Assembly: GCF_006345805.1 (NCBI RefSeq)
Contig: NW_021829283.1
Location: 1-6,644 of the forward strand
Length of the DNA: 6,644 bases
Source: Octopus sinensis
Taxonomy: Eukaryota
Direction: 5' to 3'
Positions 6,195 to 6,644 of the stretch are shown here, in pieces. Numbering within the stretch: position 1 is the stretch's first letter; each line of letters starts with the position of its first letter. The notes under the pieces were generated by a model that saw only the letters and a list, made by a program, of their open reading frames with translations, was not told where the DNA came from and searched no databases. Both the position numbers and the translations under genes were made by a program.

Positions 6195-6644
6195 TTAGTA
6201 GTCGCTATTATGACGGCTACAGTTATGTTCCGATAAAATCACGTGATAGTATTTCAAATCTCAAAATCTGTAACTAGGCAAGCACAACCCCGAAACCATG
6301 CCTGATGTTTATATTTCTTGCGTCTATGTTCTATGAAGTACAACATTGTCTAAGACTTCGCGTATCTCTTGAATCGTTTTTGTATTGTTTAGATTTCTCT
6401 ATTCGTGTTTGGATTCTGAGAAGAGTTATGAACAAGCAAAAAAAAAAAAAAGCAATAAAGTTTCTATAATGGAAAAACGTTATTCTTTGATTTGTTTTTT
6501 ATGTAAATAACTAAAAGCATCCACTGAACACAAAAACGTTATTTTTGGCTTCAGTTCTCTTGAAGGACAGATAGGTTTCGTTAATAAAGTGACAAGGACG
6601 TGTAGCATTGTGAAACTCGAATCTCACGGTAATCTCTCAGCTTC

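Noticed and set aside
6021-6198. CCCTAA telomere-like hexamers and a piggyBac-like end AAGGGGTTAG
   Set aside because: These are single hexamers per unit rather than an array; the right end is TTAG not TTAA, and there is no extended terminal inverted repeat.

Overview
Non-coding, AT-rich, repeat-dense eukaryotic DNA. I infer a cephalopod, probably octopus, from the SINE family and microsatellite load; this is recalled, not searched. Roughly two-thirds of the window is simple repeats or retroposons: (GATA/GACA)n, (TA)n, (CT)n/(GA)n, a ~650 bp (ACT/ACC)n tract, five copies or part-copies and one short fragment of a single ~430 bp tRNA-derived SINE family, a probable LINE 3' remnant embedded in (GATA)n, and a 162 bp tandem duplication. 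No protein-coding gene, RNA gene or CRISPR array is supported, and nearly all listed ORFs are read-throughs of microsatellites or SINEs. I found no convincing new biological system. The best leads are: a SINE apparently split into oppositely oriented halves that both end in (TA)n (possible inversion), a LINE 3' end with (GATA)n on both sides (possible microsatellite targeting), inverted SINE pairs able to form dsRNA, and a ~380 bp unique island with weak Helitron-helicase-like motifs.
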